64,000 nucleotides of DNA from Candidatus Aminicenantes bacterium (GTDB lineage: Bacteria; Acidobacteriota; Aminicenantia; Aminicenantales; Aminicenantaceae): NCBI GenBank assembly GCA_030603565.1, contig JAUVXM010000007.1, positions 176-64,175 on the forward strand, given 5' to 3'. Made by a program: the position numbers and the translations under genes. This document shows, one piece after another, positions 47,478 through 57,472 of this stretch (the first letter of the stretch is position 1; each line of letters starts with the position of its first letter). A model generated the notes under the pieces. That model did not search any database and was not told the DNA's origin. It saw only the letters and a program-made list of their open reading frames with translations.

Positions 47478-47899
47478 TATTTTTCTCTCCTCAGCTTTTT
47501 TTGGGGGCCGAGTGGTTTAAGCTCCTGAACAAAGTCTTGGATGATCTTTGTGTATTTTTTTCCTTCTGCGGCTGAGACCCAGGACATTTTAAATCTTTGT
47601 GGTTCCAGGCCGATATATTCAATAAGTTCTTTGACTAAGGCTATTCTTCGCCGGGCATAGAAGTTTCCTTTAATATAGTGGCAGTCTCCGGGATGACAGC
47701 CGGATACAAGTACTCCGTCAGCTCCTTTCTGGAATGCATTGAAGATATATAAGGGGGATACACTACCTGAGCACATAACCGTGATCGGAACTACATTGGG
47801 GGGATACTTCATACGGGAAACTCCTGCAAGGTCGCTTCCGGCTGATGAGCACCATTTGCACAGAAAAGCAATGATTTTGGGTTCGAATTCTTCAGCCAT
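47477..47899 (-). CDS. mvhD: MvhD/FlxD-like protein (methyl-viologen-reducing hydrogenase delta subunit family, 2Fe-2S)
   Basis: KIIAFLCKWCSSAGSD...VMCSGSVSP...SGCHPGDCHY matches the MvhD cysteine pattern. Confidence 0.85.
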   Translation of the reverse strand: MAEEFEPKIIAFLCKWCSSAGSDLAGVSRMKYPPNVVPITVMCSGSVSPLYIFNAFQKGADGVLVSGCHPGDCHYIKGNFYARRRIALVKELIEYIGLEPQRFKMSWVSAAEGKKYTKIIQDFVQELKPLGPQKKLRREK

Positions 47900-47901
47900 A
47901 T

Positions 47902-49857
47902 TCAGCCTCCCACACTTGCATCTATCATTTCGTAAATTTGTCCTGGGGTGATATTTTTAACTTCTATGGCGGCCCTTAAACAGGTAGCTGAACAGGTACC
48001 GCATCCTTCACAAAGGACTTCATTGACTTCGGCTTTATTGTCTTTAAGGCTTAAAGCATCATAAGGGCAAACATCAACGCACATTCCACACCCTGTACAG
48101 AGATTTAAACTTACTTCAGCTACTATGGGGGAGTGGAATAGATGGTCCTGAGATAATATTATTATTGCTTTGGCGGCAGCCCCGCTGGCTTGAGCTACTG
48201 CTTCTGGTATATCCTTGGGGGCCTGGGCTGCTCCGGCAAAAAATAATCCTGAAGTGACACTTTCTACTGGTCTAAGTTTCGGGTGAGCTTCAGATAGAAA
48301 GCCGTCTTTATCTAAAGAGACCTTCAGTTTTTTAGCAAATTCCTCTGCTCCTTTAGTCGGCCGCATAGCTGTAGCCAGGACAACCATGTCAGCATTGATC
48401 TCGATATCTTTTCCAGCTAATGTGTCAGCTCCCCAGACTGTGATCTTTCCGTTTTCTTCAAATATCTTTGAAACTTTTCCTCTTAGGTATACTACTCCAT
48501 CCTCTTCTTTTGCTCTCTGAACGAATTCCTCATAGTCTTTTCCTCCGGAACGGATATCAATGTAAAAGATATAGGCCTGTCCATCAGGGACATGGTGTTT
48601 GTACAACATAGCGTGTTTTGCAGTATACATGCAGCATATTTTGGAACAGTAAGCGCAATGAAGCTCAGGATCCCTCGACCCTACACATTGAATAAAGACT
48701 ACTTCTTTGGGTACTTTGTGGTCAGATGGCCTGAGCACTTCACCCATGGTAGGACCTGAAGCCGATAATAATCTTTCGAATTGCAGCCCGTCCAGGACAT
48801 CCGCATATTTTCCATATCCATATTCTTTCATATTCTCTTTATCGTAGAGGTCATAACCTGTGGCCAGCACTATGGAACCAATTTCTTCTTCAATAATCTC
48901 TGGTTTCATATCATAATCAATAGCTCCAGGCTCACATACATCTATACATTTGCCGCATGCTATAGGAAGTAAGCCCGGGCAGTTAACTATATCCAAGGTA
49001 TAGGTGGCGGGGATAGCCTGAGGAAAAGGAATGTAAATAGCTTTTCTTCCTGTCAATCCTATATCAAACTCATTAGGAACAACTATAGGACAGACGTCCA
49101 CGCATTTGTCACAAAGGGTACATTTATCGGGATCAACATAAGTAGGCTTTTTAAGGATCTTGGCCTTAAAATTTCCTACATAACCAGTGATTTCCTGGAC
49201 TTCGCTGTAAGTCAATAATTTGATCTTTGGGTGTTTTGAAACATCTACCATTTTTGGTGTCAGGATACATTGGGAGCAGTCTAAAGTAGGGAATGTCTCA
49301 GAAAGCTGGATCATATGGCCGCCGATCGAAGGAGATTTTTCAACCAATATAACCTCATAACCACTATTGGCCATATCCAGAGCGGCTTGAATACCTGCGA
49401 TCCCGCCTCCGATGACCAGGCCTCGGCGGGTTACAGGAATACTGATAGGTTCTAAGGATTTATTTTTTACCACGTGTTCTACTGTGCTGCGGGTGATCTT
49501 TATAGCTTTTTCTGTTGCCTTTAACTTATCTTTGTGAACCCAGCTGCATTGCTCTCTAATATTAGCGATCTCACACTGAAATTCGTTTATACCCCCAGCT
49601 TTAGCACAATTACGGAAAGTGGTCTCATGCAGGTTAGGGGAACAACAGGCTACGACAACACTGTCAAGGTTGTGTTCTTTAATGGAATTTTCAATAAGTT
49701 TTTGTCCGGGATCCGAACACATATAGACATAGTCTTCTGAGTGGGTAACGTCTGAGTGTTTCATGAGTTCTTCCGCAACATTTTTTACATCTACTGTGCC
49801 TGCGATATTTATGCCGCAGTGGCAGACAAAAACACCAGTCCGTTTTTTCATTTTCAC
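47902..49857 (-). CDS. hdrA: Heterodisulfide reductase subunit A-like flavoprotein (HdrA; FAD plus multiple 4Fe-4S)
   Basis: FAD fold GLVIGGGIAGIQAALDMANSGYEVILVEK, N-terminal Cys cluster VCHCGINIAG, several CxxCxxCxxxCP ferredoxin motifs, ~650 aa. Confidence 0.9.
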   Translation of the reverse strand: MKMKKRTGVFVCHCGINIAGTVDVKNVAEELMKHSDVTHSEDYVYMCSDPGQKLIENSIKEHNLDSVVVACCSPNLHETTFRNCAKAGGINEFQCEIANIREQCSWVHKDKLKATEKAIKITRSTVEHVVKNKSLEPISIPVTRRGLVIGGGIAGIQAALDMANSGYEVILVEKSPSIGGHMIQLSETFPTLDCSQCILTPKMVDVSKHPKIKLLTYSEVQEITGYVGNFKAKILKKPTYVDPDKCTLCDKCVDVCPIVVPNEFDIGLTGRKAIYIPFPQAIPATYTLDIVNCPGLLPIACGKCIDVCEPGAIDYDMKPEIIEEEIGSIVLATGYDLYDKENMKEYGYGKYADVLDGLQFERLLSASGPTMGEVLRPSDHKVPKEVVFIQCVGSRDPELHCAYCSKICCMYTAKHAMLYKHHVPDGQAYIFYIDIRSGGKDYEEFVQRAKEEDGVVYLRGKVSKIFEENGKITVWGADTLAGKDIEINADMVVLATAMRPTKGAEEFAKKLKVSLDKDGFLSEAHPKLRPVESVTSGLFFAGAAQAPKDIPEAVAQASGAAAKAIIILSQDHLFHSPIVAEVSLNLCTGCGMCVDVCPYDALSLKDNKAEVNEVLCEGCGTCSATCLRAAIEVKNITPGQIYEMIDASVGG

Positions 49858-50414
49858 TTTCCTTTTTTTAGAGTTTCGAGGCCGTATTCGTATCCTTTAT
49901 CAAAGGCTTTTAAGTTTAATTCCAGGAAACGGTCGGGTACTAGACCGGGCACTCCTTTTTTCATAACTTCCGAGGTAGTGATTTTTGTTATAGCAGTAAA
50001 GAAGCCCATCATCACCAGGTTGGCGATGATCCGGTTCCCGAGTTCTTCGGCAAAACGAGTAGAAGGAACCGAATAAGATTTGATCTTTCCGCGGGGAGGT
50101 TTGGGTTTTACTAAATCCTGGTCGATGATGAGGAGGCCGTCATCTTTTAAGTCTGATTCATATTTATCGTATGCCTCCTGAGACATGGATACCAGGATTT
50201 CTGGAATGGTGATGTAGGGATAGAGGACTCGGTCGTCGGAAACAATAAGCTGAGAGCTGCAGGCGCTGCCTCTTGCTTCCGGGCCGAAGCTCTGGGTCAT
50301 AGTGGCAAATTTGTTTCCATAGAGCGAAAGAGCTTTGCCAGCAATAAGGGCACAGCGGATGATCCCTTGGCCTCCAAAACCGGAAAATCTAATCTCAGTC
50401 ATTGTTATCTCCAT
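49854..50414 (-). CDS. 2-oxoacid:ferredoxin oxidoreductase gamma subunit
   Basis: FSGFGGQGIIRCALIAGKA... typical POR/KOR/VOR gamma sequence. Confidence 0.85.
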   Translation of the reverse strand: MEITMTEIRFSGFGGQGIIRCALIAGKALSLYGNKFATMTQSFGPEARGSACSSQLIVSDDRVLYPYITIPEILVSMSQEAYDKYESDLKDDGLLIIDQDLVKPKPPRGKIKSYSVPSTRFAEELGNRIIANLVMMGFFTAITKITTSEVMKKGVPGLVPDRFLELNLKAFDKGYEYGLETLKKGK

Positions 50415-51267
50415 AAAGTTGGTATTTATCTCCTAGTACTGAAGAGAGATGTTTATTCATGGCATCCAGGAAAGTCGGTTTTTCCTTATCGACAAACTTT
50501 CCTACAATAAGTTTTCCCTGGTAGCTTATATCAAGTGTTCTTGTGTCTGCCCCATGCTGTATTTCTGACATGTCGTAATAATATTTAAGAAGGTTCAGGC
50601 CATCCCCAAGCCGGTTCCTCCGGGCATATAATGTAACACAAGGAGTTATGACTTCAATAAAAGAAAATCCACGTTTGTTTAAAGCTTCTTGGATAGATTT
50701 TGTGACACGCCTCAGATGAAGAGCTGTCCAGCGGGCAACATAGGTGGCACCGGCTGCTTCCGTAATATAGGGAAGGTTAAAGGCATTTTCAAAATTTCCA
50801 TAAGGAGCAGTGGATGCATTGGCATCTTTCGGTGTGGTTGCGGCAACTTGGCCTCCAGTCATAGCATAATTGAAGTTATTGACACAGATCACAACCAGAT
50901 CCATGTTCCTTCTTGCTGCATGGATCAGGTGGTTGCCGCCAATTCCGGAAATATCTCCATCACCGCTAAATACTACTACTTTTGTATCCGGTTTTGCCAG
51001 TTTCAGACCGGTTGCAAAGGGGATGGCACGTCCGTGAGTGGTGTGGAAGGAATCCAGTTTTGTGTAGCCGGCAACTCTTCCTGTACAACCTATACCGGAT
51101 ACAATCGCGATCTTATCAAGGTCGTATTTTTCTTTTCGTAAAGCTTCTGCAAATGATGTTACTACTGTTCCTATTCCGCAACCGGGGCACCAAATGTGCG
51201 GCATCCTGTCCATTCTTAAGATTTCTTCTATTGGGTTTTTTTCAGTATTTTGATCTTCTTTATTCAT
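50395..51267 (-). CDS. 2-oxoacid:ferredoxin oxidoreductase beta subunit (TPP-binding)
   Basis: WCPGCGIG...GDGD TPP-binding motif region (FSGDGDISGIGGNHL). Confidence 0.9.
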   Translation of the reverse strand: MNKEDQNTEKNPIEEILRMDRMPHIWCPGCGIGTVVTSFAEALRKEKYDLDKIAIVSGIGCTGRVAGYTKLDSFHTTHGRAIPFATGLKLAKPDTKVVVFSGDGDISGIGGNHLIHAARRNMDLVVICVNNFNYAMTGGQVAATTPKDANASTAPYGNFENAFNLPYITEAAGATYVARWTALHLRRVTKSIQEALNKRGFSFIEVITPCVTLYARRNRLGDGLNLLKYYYDMSEIQHGADTRTLDISYQGKLIVGKFVDKEKPTFLDAMNKHLSSVLGDKYQLYGDNND

Positions 51268-52429
51268 TTGGCTGCCTCCTTAATGGCGTTCAGGATATCT
51301 TCGGGGTTGTGGACCCAGCCGCCGTAATGGGGGACGGAAACAACCTTACATTTATCACCCACCACCCGCTCGGCTTCTAATACGACCTGTCCGGCATTTA
51401 TCTCAGGGAATACGATTGCTTTTACTTTACCAGCTAATTCTTTAATCCGTTTTTCAGGAAAGGGCCAGACTGTTTTAAGTTGCATTGTGCCGACTTTTAT
51501 TCCGGTTTTTTTTGCCTCTTGAACTGCTTTTATAGATACTCTCGAAGTTATTCCGTAAGACATGACTAAAATTTCGGCATTGTCAATATCAGTTTCTTTT
51601 AAATGGATGATTTTATCGGCATTGTCTTTGATTTTGTCGATAAGATGGCTTACACAAGTAGCCTGGCATTCAGCATTGAGAAGAGGGTATCCTCTTTCAT
51701 CCCGTGTCAGGCCGGTGGTATGAAAACGGTACCCGTCCCCTACCTTGACCATAAATGGGATGCCGTCCGTGTCATTTTTATAAGGCAAGTATTTGTTTTT
51801 AGGGCCTTTATACCATTTTCTTTCCACTAATTCGATTTCTTCTGCCGGAGGGATGACTACTTTTTCATGCATATGACCTATACATTCATCCGTCATAACA
51901 AAAACCGGGACCCGGTAAGTCTCAGACAGGTTAAATGCCTCAATGGTCAGGTCAAAACATTCCTGAGGCGAATCAGGGGAAAGAGCGATTATCTCATAAT
52001 CGCCGTGAGAGCCCCATCTGGCCTGCATCATATCCTGTTGTCCGGTCAGGGTAGGAAGTCCGGTCGAAGGACCTCCTCTCTGGACATTTGCAATAACAAG
52101 GGGAGTCTCCATCATGCAGGCTAGACCGATATTTTCCATCATGAGGGAAAAGCCTGGTCCGGAAGTAACTGTCATGGCTTTTTTGCCCCCCCACACAGCA
52201 CCAATTAGAGAAGCAATTGACCCCAGCTCATCCTCCATTTGAATAAAAACACCGCCTACATAAGGAATCCGTTCGGAAAACCTTTCCGCAGTTTCTGTTG
52301 AGGGAGTAATAGGATAGCCTCCGAAATAACGGCATCCAGCGGCAAGCCCTCCCTCAGCAAGGGCATAATCCCCATCCATAAAATGGGAACCTGTTAAAAC
52401 TCCTTTAGGATCTGCTTTCGACTTTTTCA
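51264..52429 (-). CDS. 2-oxoacid:ferredoxin oxidoreductase alpha subunit; probable GTG start at 52429 (the ORF-track ATG at 52490 would overlap the delta subunit by 86 nt)
   Basis: LTGSHFMDGDYALAEGGLAAGCRYFGGYPITPSTE matches the conserved KorA/PorA N-terminus. GTG-AAA-AAG (VKKSK...) overlaps the last 8 codons of the delta gene. Confidence 0.85.
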
Positions 52430-52680
52430 CCTTGGTCCTCCTCATTCTTAATGGTAACAAATATGGCAAATTCTGGACAAATTGTCTCACAGAGCTGACA
52501 GTAGCAGCATTCGTCCTCGTTTTTTACTATGGGTGGATGATATCCTTTAACATTAAATTCTTCGGATAGCTCCAGGACATCCCGCGGACAATACTCTACA
52601 CAAAATCCACATCCTTTGCACTGGTCCTTCGAGATGTGGATCTTGCCTTTTGTTGGTTTCAAATTTCCAAAATAAGTCAT
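52405..52680 (-). CDS. 2-oxoacid:ferredoxin oxidoreductase delta subunit (2x4Fe-4S ferredoxin)
   Basis: CKGCGFCVEYCP and CCYCQLCETICP. Confidence 0.85.
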   Translation of the reverse strand: MTYFGNLKPTKGKIHISKDQCKGCGFCVEYCPRDVLELSEEFNVKGYHPPIVKNEDECCYCQLCETICPEFAIFVTIKNEEDQGEKVESRS

Positions 52681-52687
52681 TTGTACC

Positions 52688-53566
52688 TCAAATTAATCCT
52701 TTTTCTTTAAGGATTGCTGTTGGGTCTATATAATGAAGATCTAACCTTAAACTATCCTGGGGACAGCCTAAGGAAATTGCCAATAATTGAGAAAAATAAA
52801 GAATTGGTATATTTTTGAATTCAGGAAACTTCTGTTGAGTTTTTTTCTGGCGCTGGTCAAGATTAAAAGCGCAAAGAGGGCAGCTTACTATAACGACTTC
52901 AGCTCCTTGTTTTATAGCTGATGAGAGGATCTGGTTGGTACGGTCGGCGATGATTTCTGGTTTATCGACTGTTTGATAAGCGCCGCAGCATTCGACTTTA
53001 TGAGGGAAATCTATGGCTTCGGCTCCAAGTGTAGTCATGAGTTCATCCATGATCATCGGATTTTCCACATCGTCGAATCCGATCTCCCGGGGACGAACAA
53101 GGTAACATCCATAATAGCTTGCCACTTTTAAGCCTTTGAGAGATTTAACAGTTTTTTTAGCGATGTTCTCAAATTTAATCTCATTTTTTAGTATTTCGAG
53201 AAGATGAACGACATCAACATCTCCTTCGTAATCGATATCTTCCCGGTACATCAAGTCATTGATGATGTCCAGGTCTTCAGGATTTGATCTAACTCGTTCA
53301 TTGCTTCTTTTTAGGGTGTTGTAACACATCGCACAGAGGGTCATAAGTTTATCCGAGCCGGCTTCTTTAGCTCTTATAAGGTTCCTGACTGGGGCGACAT
53401 GATGGATCAAGTCATCGCTGGTAAGGGAAAAAACGGTTCCGCAACAATTCCATCTGCGGATCTCTTCAACTTCCACATCAAGGCTTTTTAAGGAACATAA
53501 AGCTGAATCTTCAAAATTTTTGGCGTGATTTTTTAGAGTACACCCGGGAAAATAGCTTAGTTTCAT
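52688..53566 (-). CDS. hdrB: Heterodisulfide reductase subunit B-like (two CCG domains)
   Basis: MKLSYFPGCTLKN...NCCGT and a second CxnCCGx-type cysteine-rich domain (KVECCGAYQ). Confidence 0.88.
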   Translation of the reverse strand: MKLSYFPGCTLKNHAKNFEDSALCSLKSLDVEVEEIRRWNCCGTVFSLTSDDLIHHVAPVRNLIRAKEAGSDKLMTLCAMCYNTLKRSNERVRSNPEDLDIINDLMYREDIDYEGDVDVVHLLEILKNEIKFENIAKKTVKSLKGLKVASYYGCYLVRPREIGFDDVENPMIMDELMTTLGAEAIDFPHKVECCGAYQTVDKPEIIADRTNQILSSAIKQGAEVVIVSCPLCAFNLDQRQKKTQQKFPEFKNIPILYFSQLLAISLGCPQDSLRLDLHYIDPTAILKEKGLI

Positions 53567-53614
53567 AATTATGATTCCTTCTTAAATTTGGATTATGGCT
53601 GATTAACAACATAT

Positions 53615-54022
53615 TTATGATGTGAATTTTCTAAAATTGCTGATTAATGCTATTGGAGGCACATCTCCTCTCTCAGAATCAGAAAGTTCTTCTACGTTTA
53701 CATGGTCTTCTCGTTTACGCAGTAATATCTGCCTGACTGCTTCTATAGCTTCTGCAATGTTTATGCCCTTGGGGCAGCGGACATTGCAGGTCATGCACGA
53801 TGCGCAGATCCAGATGGAGTTTGATTTCAATAATTCTTCCTTTAAGCCAAGTTGAGCAAAGCGGATGATCTGGTTGGGCAGTATATCCATTTGAGATACA
53901 GCAGGACAGCCTGCGGAACATTTTCCACACTGATAGCAGGCGAGAAGGTTTTGGCCGCTTAATTCTTCGACTTTGGCTACGAAAGGACTTCTGATCTTAT
54001 GGCGGGAGATATTAGTTCGCAT
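53615..54022 (-). CDS. hdrC: Heterodisulfide reductase subunit C-like (2x4Fe-4S)
   Basis: CYQCGKCSAGCP and CASCMTCNVRCP. Confidence 0.85.
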   Translation of the reverse strand: MRTNISRHKIRSPFVAKVEELSGQNLLACYQCGKCSAGCPAVSQMDILPNQIIRFAQLGLKEELLKSNSIWICASCMTCNVRCPKGINIAEAIEAVRQILLRKREDHVNVEELSDSERGDVPPIALISNFRKFTS

Positions 54023-54177
54023 ATAAAATATCCTTTTTTTCTAAAGATAATTTTAGCAACATTAAAATATTCATATATTCCATAATAAAAAGACAATAGT
54101 ACAGCATAATTGAATATTACTGTCAAGGATAGGTTCAATTTTTTTTGTGAATATATGCGCAAAAAGAATCAAACCTA

Positions 54178-56331
54178 TTACCTACTGCCTATTGGCTTTA
54201 ATGTTCCCCAGGCTAGAAACAGAAGAGTGAAGGAATTGATAAGAAAAAGGTATTTTGTCAGCATTTGGAGGCCGACTAGAGGGATAAGTACTGAAGAGAC
54301 AGCCAATGCTCCCAGAAAAGAGCCGAGCAGGTCTAATCCATAGCCGAGTCCGTAGTTAGAGCTTTTTTGCAGAAAAAGCCGGTTGGATATAACAAATAAA
54401 TGGCCGCATGCAGCTCCGAATAACAAGAGGAAGACAAAAAATAGAAACAGAGGGATCTGCTGTTGTAAGGCAATGAGGAGTAAAAAAATGAATATCATAA
54501 ATACGAATTGAATAAACAGTAGATCAGAGAGGCGAGGATTATTTCTTCTTGTCCCGCTGAAGGCTCCCAGGCAAAGCCCCAACATAAAAAAGGAAAAAAG
54601 CAATGCCAGTCCCAGGTAAATATAACCGTGAAAGGTTTGAAAAGCCAATATTAAAATGATTTCAATAGTTATGCTTGATAACCCCATAACAAAAAGAGGA
54701 ATCAAATAGAATGATATACGAGAACGTTTCACCCCGGCTGTGGTTAAAAAAAGAAGGAACAGGATAAGGGGGAGGTCGAGAAGCCAGAATTTGCCTGACT
54801 GGGATAGAAAAGCGAGCAATGAGGTTTCCAGCCCCTTGAACTGAGTAGACCACAGCACAGAGTTGAAAAAATAACTTACAGGCTTTAGGTCATGGTTTAT
54901 TTCTCCTTCACCTTCCAATATCTTTTGTTTTAAAGAGTCTTTTCTAAGGGGCGAGAGGCGAGAAAATAAGAGTTGAGGATTGATGTATACATTATTAAGC
55001 TCGAGTTTTTCTATCTCCTGGGAAATTTCTTTATATTCTAAGGTTATTGGCTGTGATGAGGCTAAAAAGATATTTGCAGCTCCAGGAACTATTTCAACAA
55101 AGTGAAAAGTATTTTTTAAGGTCCGGTAAAGAGAGGATAGATAATTCTGAAGTTCCGGGCTGATGTAATTTTCAGCAGATGATGTGCGGAAAGAAAAAAT
55201 TCCTTTTGTTGACAATTTTGCTTTTACCGTTAAAAAAAATTCTTCTGTGTAAAAGCGGTTTATCTGAGCTGTTACCGGGTCCGGCAGATTAAGGATGATG
55301 GCATCATAGTTTTTTTGAGTGTTGTTAAGAAATAACCTACCGTCTTTAAAATAAGTATTTATACGCGGGTTCTGGAATATGCGGCTTTCCTCTGCTGGAA
55401 GGAATTTCTTTGAAAACCGGATGATCCCCGGGTCAAGTTCAACGTAATCTATGCTTGAGTTGGGATACTTTAATATTTCTTTAAGGCTTCCTCCGGCTCC
55501 TCCCCCGATAAGGAGTACATTTTTTGCTTCAGGATTTTGTAATAGGGCGAAATGAACCGATTCTTCAGAAGAAGCTTTATCTGGGTTAGAATAGATCAGA
55601 AAACAATTGTTGTAGAGTGATATTTGCTCCCTATCTTTTAAGACCTGAAGTTTTCCGTAAGGGGTATCCTTACTTGCTATCAGGTTAAAAGGAGACCAGA
55701 ATTTTTTCTGGGTCGGGAAATCCAAGGCCCAGAACAGAGAAAACAGGATTAGCGAGAAAACAAGCAGTAGGGGATTACGTTTTTGCCTGAATATTAAAAA
55801 GATAATTAGAGCACTTAGGCCGGCTACGAGAATTGATACTTGCCAGTTGGAAAATAAAGGGATCAGGATAAAATAGACCGTTGATCCGGCTATGGCTGAA
55901 CCGAGTGATTCTATCATATACACTCGGGAAAGATTGCCTTTGAGGTAGTAAGTATTAAAGACAAATAAAATCCCAAGGGGGAAGCATATAAAAAAGGAAA
56001 ATCCCATAGAAAACAGGAGTATAGATGTTAAACCGGTGATTTCCCCCGGAAGGGTTTTGAGGGCGAAGCGTGAAAGCCTTAATCCTATCAGGCAGATAGG
56101 GAATATTATAATTACCAGGAAGTACAGCCGGACAAATTTTGTTAGGCTGAATTTTATTCTGGCGGCGGCAAGGCTTCCCAGGCCCGTCCATAGAAGCCAA
56201 AAGGAGAGGAGGATTCCAATAGTAATTTCATTTCCATAAAAATGGACTGAAAACTCCCGGATTAAAACTATCTGGAAAGATAAGGCTAAGAATCCTAAGA
56301 CAAAAGCAGGAAGATATTTTTTTAAATCCAT
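54178..56331 (-). CDS. Fused multi-TM (MFS-like) / spermidine-synthase-family aminopropyltransferase-like membrane protein
   Basis: ~12 predicted TM helices flanking a Rossmann methyltransferase-like core VLLIGGGAGGSLKEILKYPNSSIDYVELDP typical of spermidine synthases. Confidence 0.7.
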   Translation of the reverse strand: MDLKKYLPAFVLGFLALSFQIVLIREFSVHFYGNEITIGILLSFWLLWTGLGSLAAARIKFSLTKFVRLYFLVIIIFPICLIGLRLSRFALKTLPGEITGLTSILLFSMGFSFFICFPLGILFVFNTYYLKGNLSRVYMIESLGSAIAGSTVYFILIPLFSNWQVSILVAGLSALIIFLIFRQKRNPLLLVFSLILFSLFWALDFPTQKKFWSPFNLIASKDTPYGKLQVLKDREQISLYNNCFLIYSNPDKASSEESVHFALLQNPEAKNVLLIGGGAGGSLKEILKYPNSSIDYVELDPGIIRFSKKFLPAEESRIFQNPRINTYFKDGRLFLNNTQKNYDAIILNLPDPVTAQINRFYTEEFFLTVKAKLSTKGIFSFRTSSAENYISPELQNYLSSLYRTLKNTFHFVEIVPGAANIFLASSQPITLEYKEISQEIEKLELNNVYINPQLLFSRLSPLRKDSLKQKILEGEGEINHDLKPVSYFFNSVLWSTQFKGLETSLLAFLSQSGKFWLLDLPLILFLLFLTTAGVKRSRISFYLIPLFVMGLSSITIEIILILAFQTFHGYIYLGLALLFSFFMLGLCLGAFSGTRRNNPRLSDLLFIQFVFMIFIFLLLIALQQQIPLFLFFVFLLLFGAACGHLFVISNRLFLQKSSNYGLGYGLDLLGSFLGALAVSSVLIPLVGLQMLTKYLFLINSFTLLFLAWGTLKPIGSR

Positions 56332-57443
56332 ACGCCCGGAATCCGGCTATTGCAATAAGTACACCGTCCATTTTTTAGGTTGAACTGCCTGATGATATAT
56401 CCTTGTCTCTGGATGATAATGTTTTTACATTTTGGACAATAGGTATTTTCAGCTTTGTGCCCGGGAACATTACCGATATAGACATAGTTAAGGCCTGTTT
56501 TTCCGGCTATATCGGCAGCTTTTTCCAGGGTGGAGACAGGAGTAGAAGGGAGGTTTTTTAACAAGTAATGTGGATGGAACCTGGAAAAATGCAGGGGCAC
56601 ATCAGGCCCTATCTCATTTGCTATCCACCGGCACATATCTCTGAGCTCCTTAGAGTTATCATTTAAGGTCGGGATGACAAGATAGACGATTTCAAGCCAG
56701 ATACTGGAAGAAGCTATAATTTTTATAGCATCAAGAACTGGTTTAAGTTCTCCCCTTACATATTTGGTATAAAAATCCTGAGTAAATGCTTTCAGATCGA
56801 TCTTTATTGCATCTACCACCTGGATCAGTTCTTCCAGAGGCTCCGGATTTATATGTCCTCCAGTGATGACGACATTTTTAAGTTCTTTTTTCCTTGCGTT
56901 TAAAGAAGTGTCATACATGTATTCGTAAAAAACAACAGGTTCGGAGTAGGTATAGGCGATAATAGGACAGTTATATTTTTGGGCGGATTTAACGACTTTG
57001 TCTGGAGGAAAATCCATGTGGTCTATTTGTTCAGGTCTGACTTGGGAAATTTCCCAGTTCTGGCAGAATTTGCAATTCACATTGCATCCTGCAGTAGCTA
57101 TGGATAAAGTTGGAGTTCCTGGAAGAAAATGAAACAAAGGTTTTTTTTCAATAGGGTCAACATGAATAGCACATGCTTTTCCATAGACTAGGGTGTAGTA
57201 GGTGCCGTCAATATTTTCCCGTACCCCGCAGTAGCCTCTTTCTTTGTCTCCAAGTTTGCAAAAGCGGGGGCATAAAACACACTCGATCTCTCTGTCAGGG
57301 TGTTTTTTATAAAACTTTGCTTCTACTCTGGATAGGTCATAGGAAGTTTGAAAGGCATCAAGATCCATAAGTAATGGTCCTAACCCGGAACCTGCGGCGG
57401 TTCCAGCCACAGCTGAGAGTTTAATAAATTTACGTCTTTTCAT
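56322..57443 (-). CDS. Radical SAM enzyme of the PflA/COG1180 (AmmeMemoRadiSam-type) family carrying an N-terminal twin-arginine (TAT) signal
   Basis: MKRRKFIKLSAVAGTAAGSGLG (S/T-RRxFLK-like); N-terminal CxxCxxxC...GxC; radical SAM CNVNCKFCQNW; DPIEKKPLFHFLPG. Confidence 0.7.
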   Translation of the reverse strand: MKRRKFIKLSAVAGTAAGSGLGPLLMDLDAFQTSYDLSRVEAKFYKKHPDREIECVLCPRFCKLGDKERGYCGVRENIDGTYYTLVYGKACAIHVDPIEKKPLFHFLPGTPTLSIATAGCNVNCKFCQNWEISQVRPEQIDHMDFPPDKVVKSAQKYNCPIIAYTYSEPVVFYEYMYDTSLNARKKELKNVVITGGHINPEPLEELIQVVDAIKIDLKAFTQDFYTKYVRGELKPVLDAIKIIASSSIWLEIVYLVIPTLNDNSKELRDMCRWIANEIGPDVPLHFSRFHPHYLLKNLPSTPVSTLEKAADIAGKTGLNYVYIGNVPGHKAENTYCPKCKNIIIQRQGYIIRQFNLKNGRCTYCNSRIPGVWI

Positions 57444-57472
57444 TTGAATTTTAATGCCATTGATAATATGGG

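Noticed and set aside
47477-49857. Selenocysteine (in-frame TGA) in HdrA or MvhD
   Set aside because: Both ORFs are uninterrupted and the canonical Cys positions are encoded by TGY codons.
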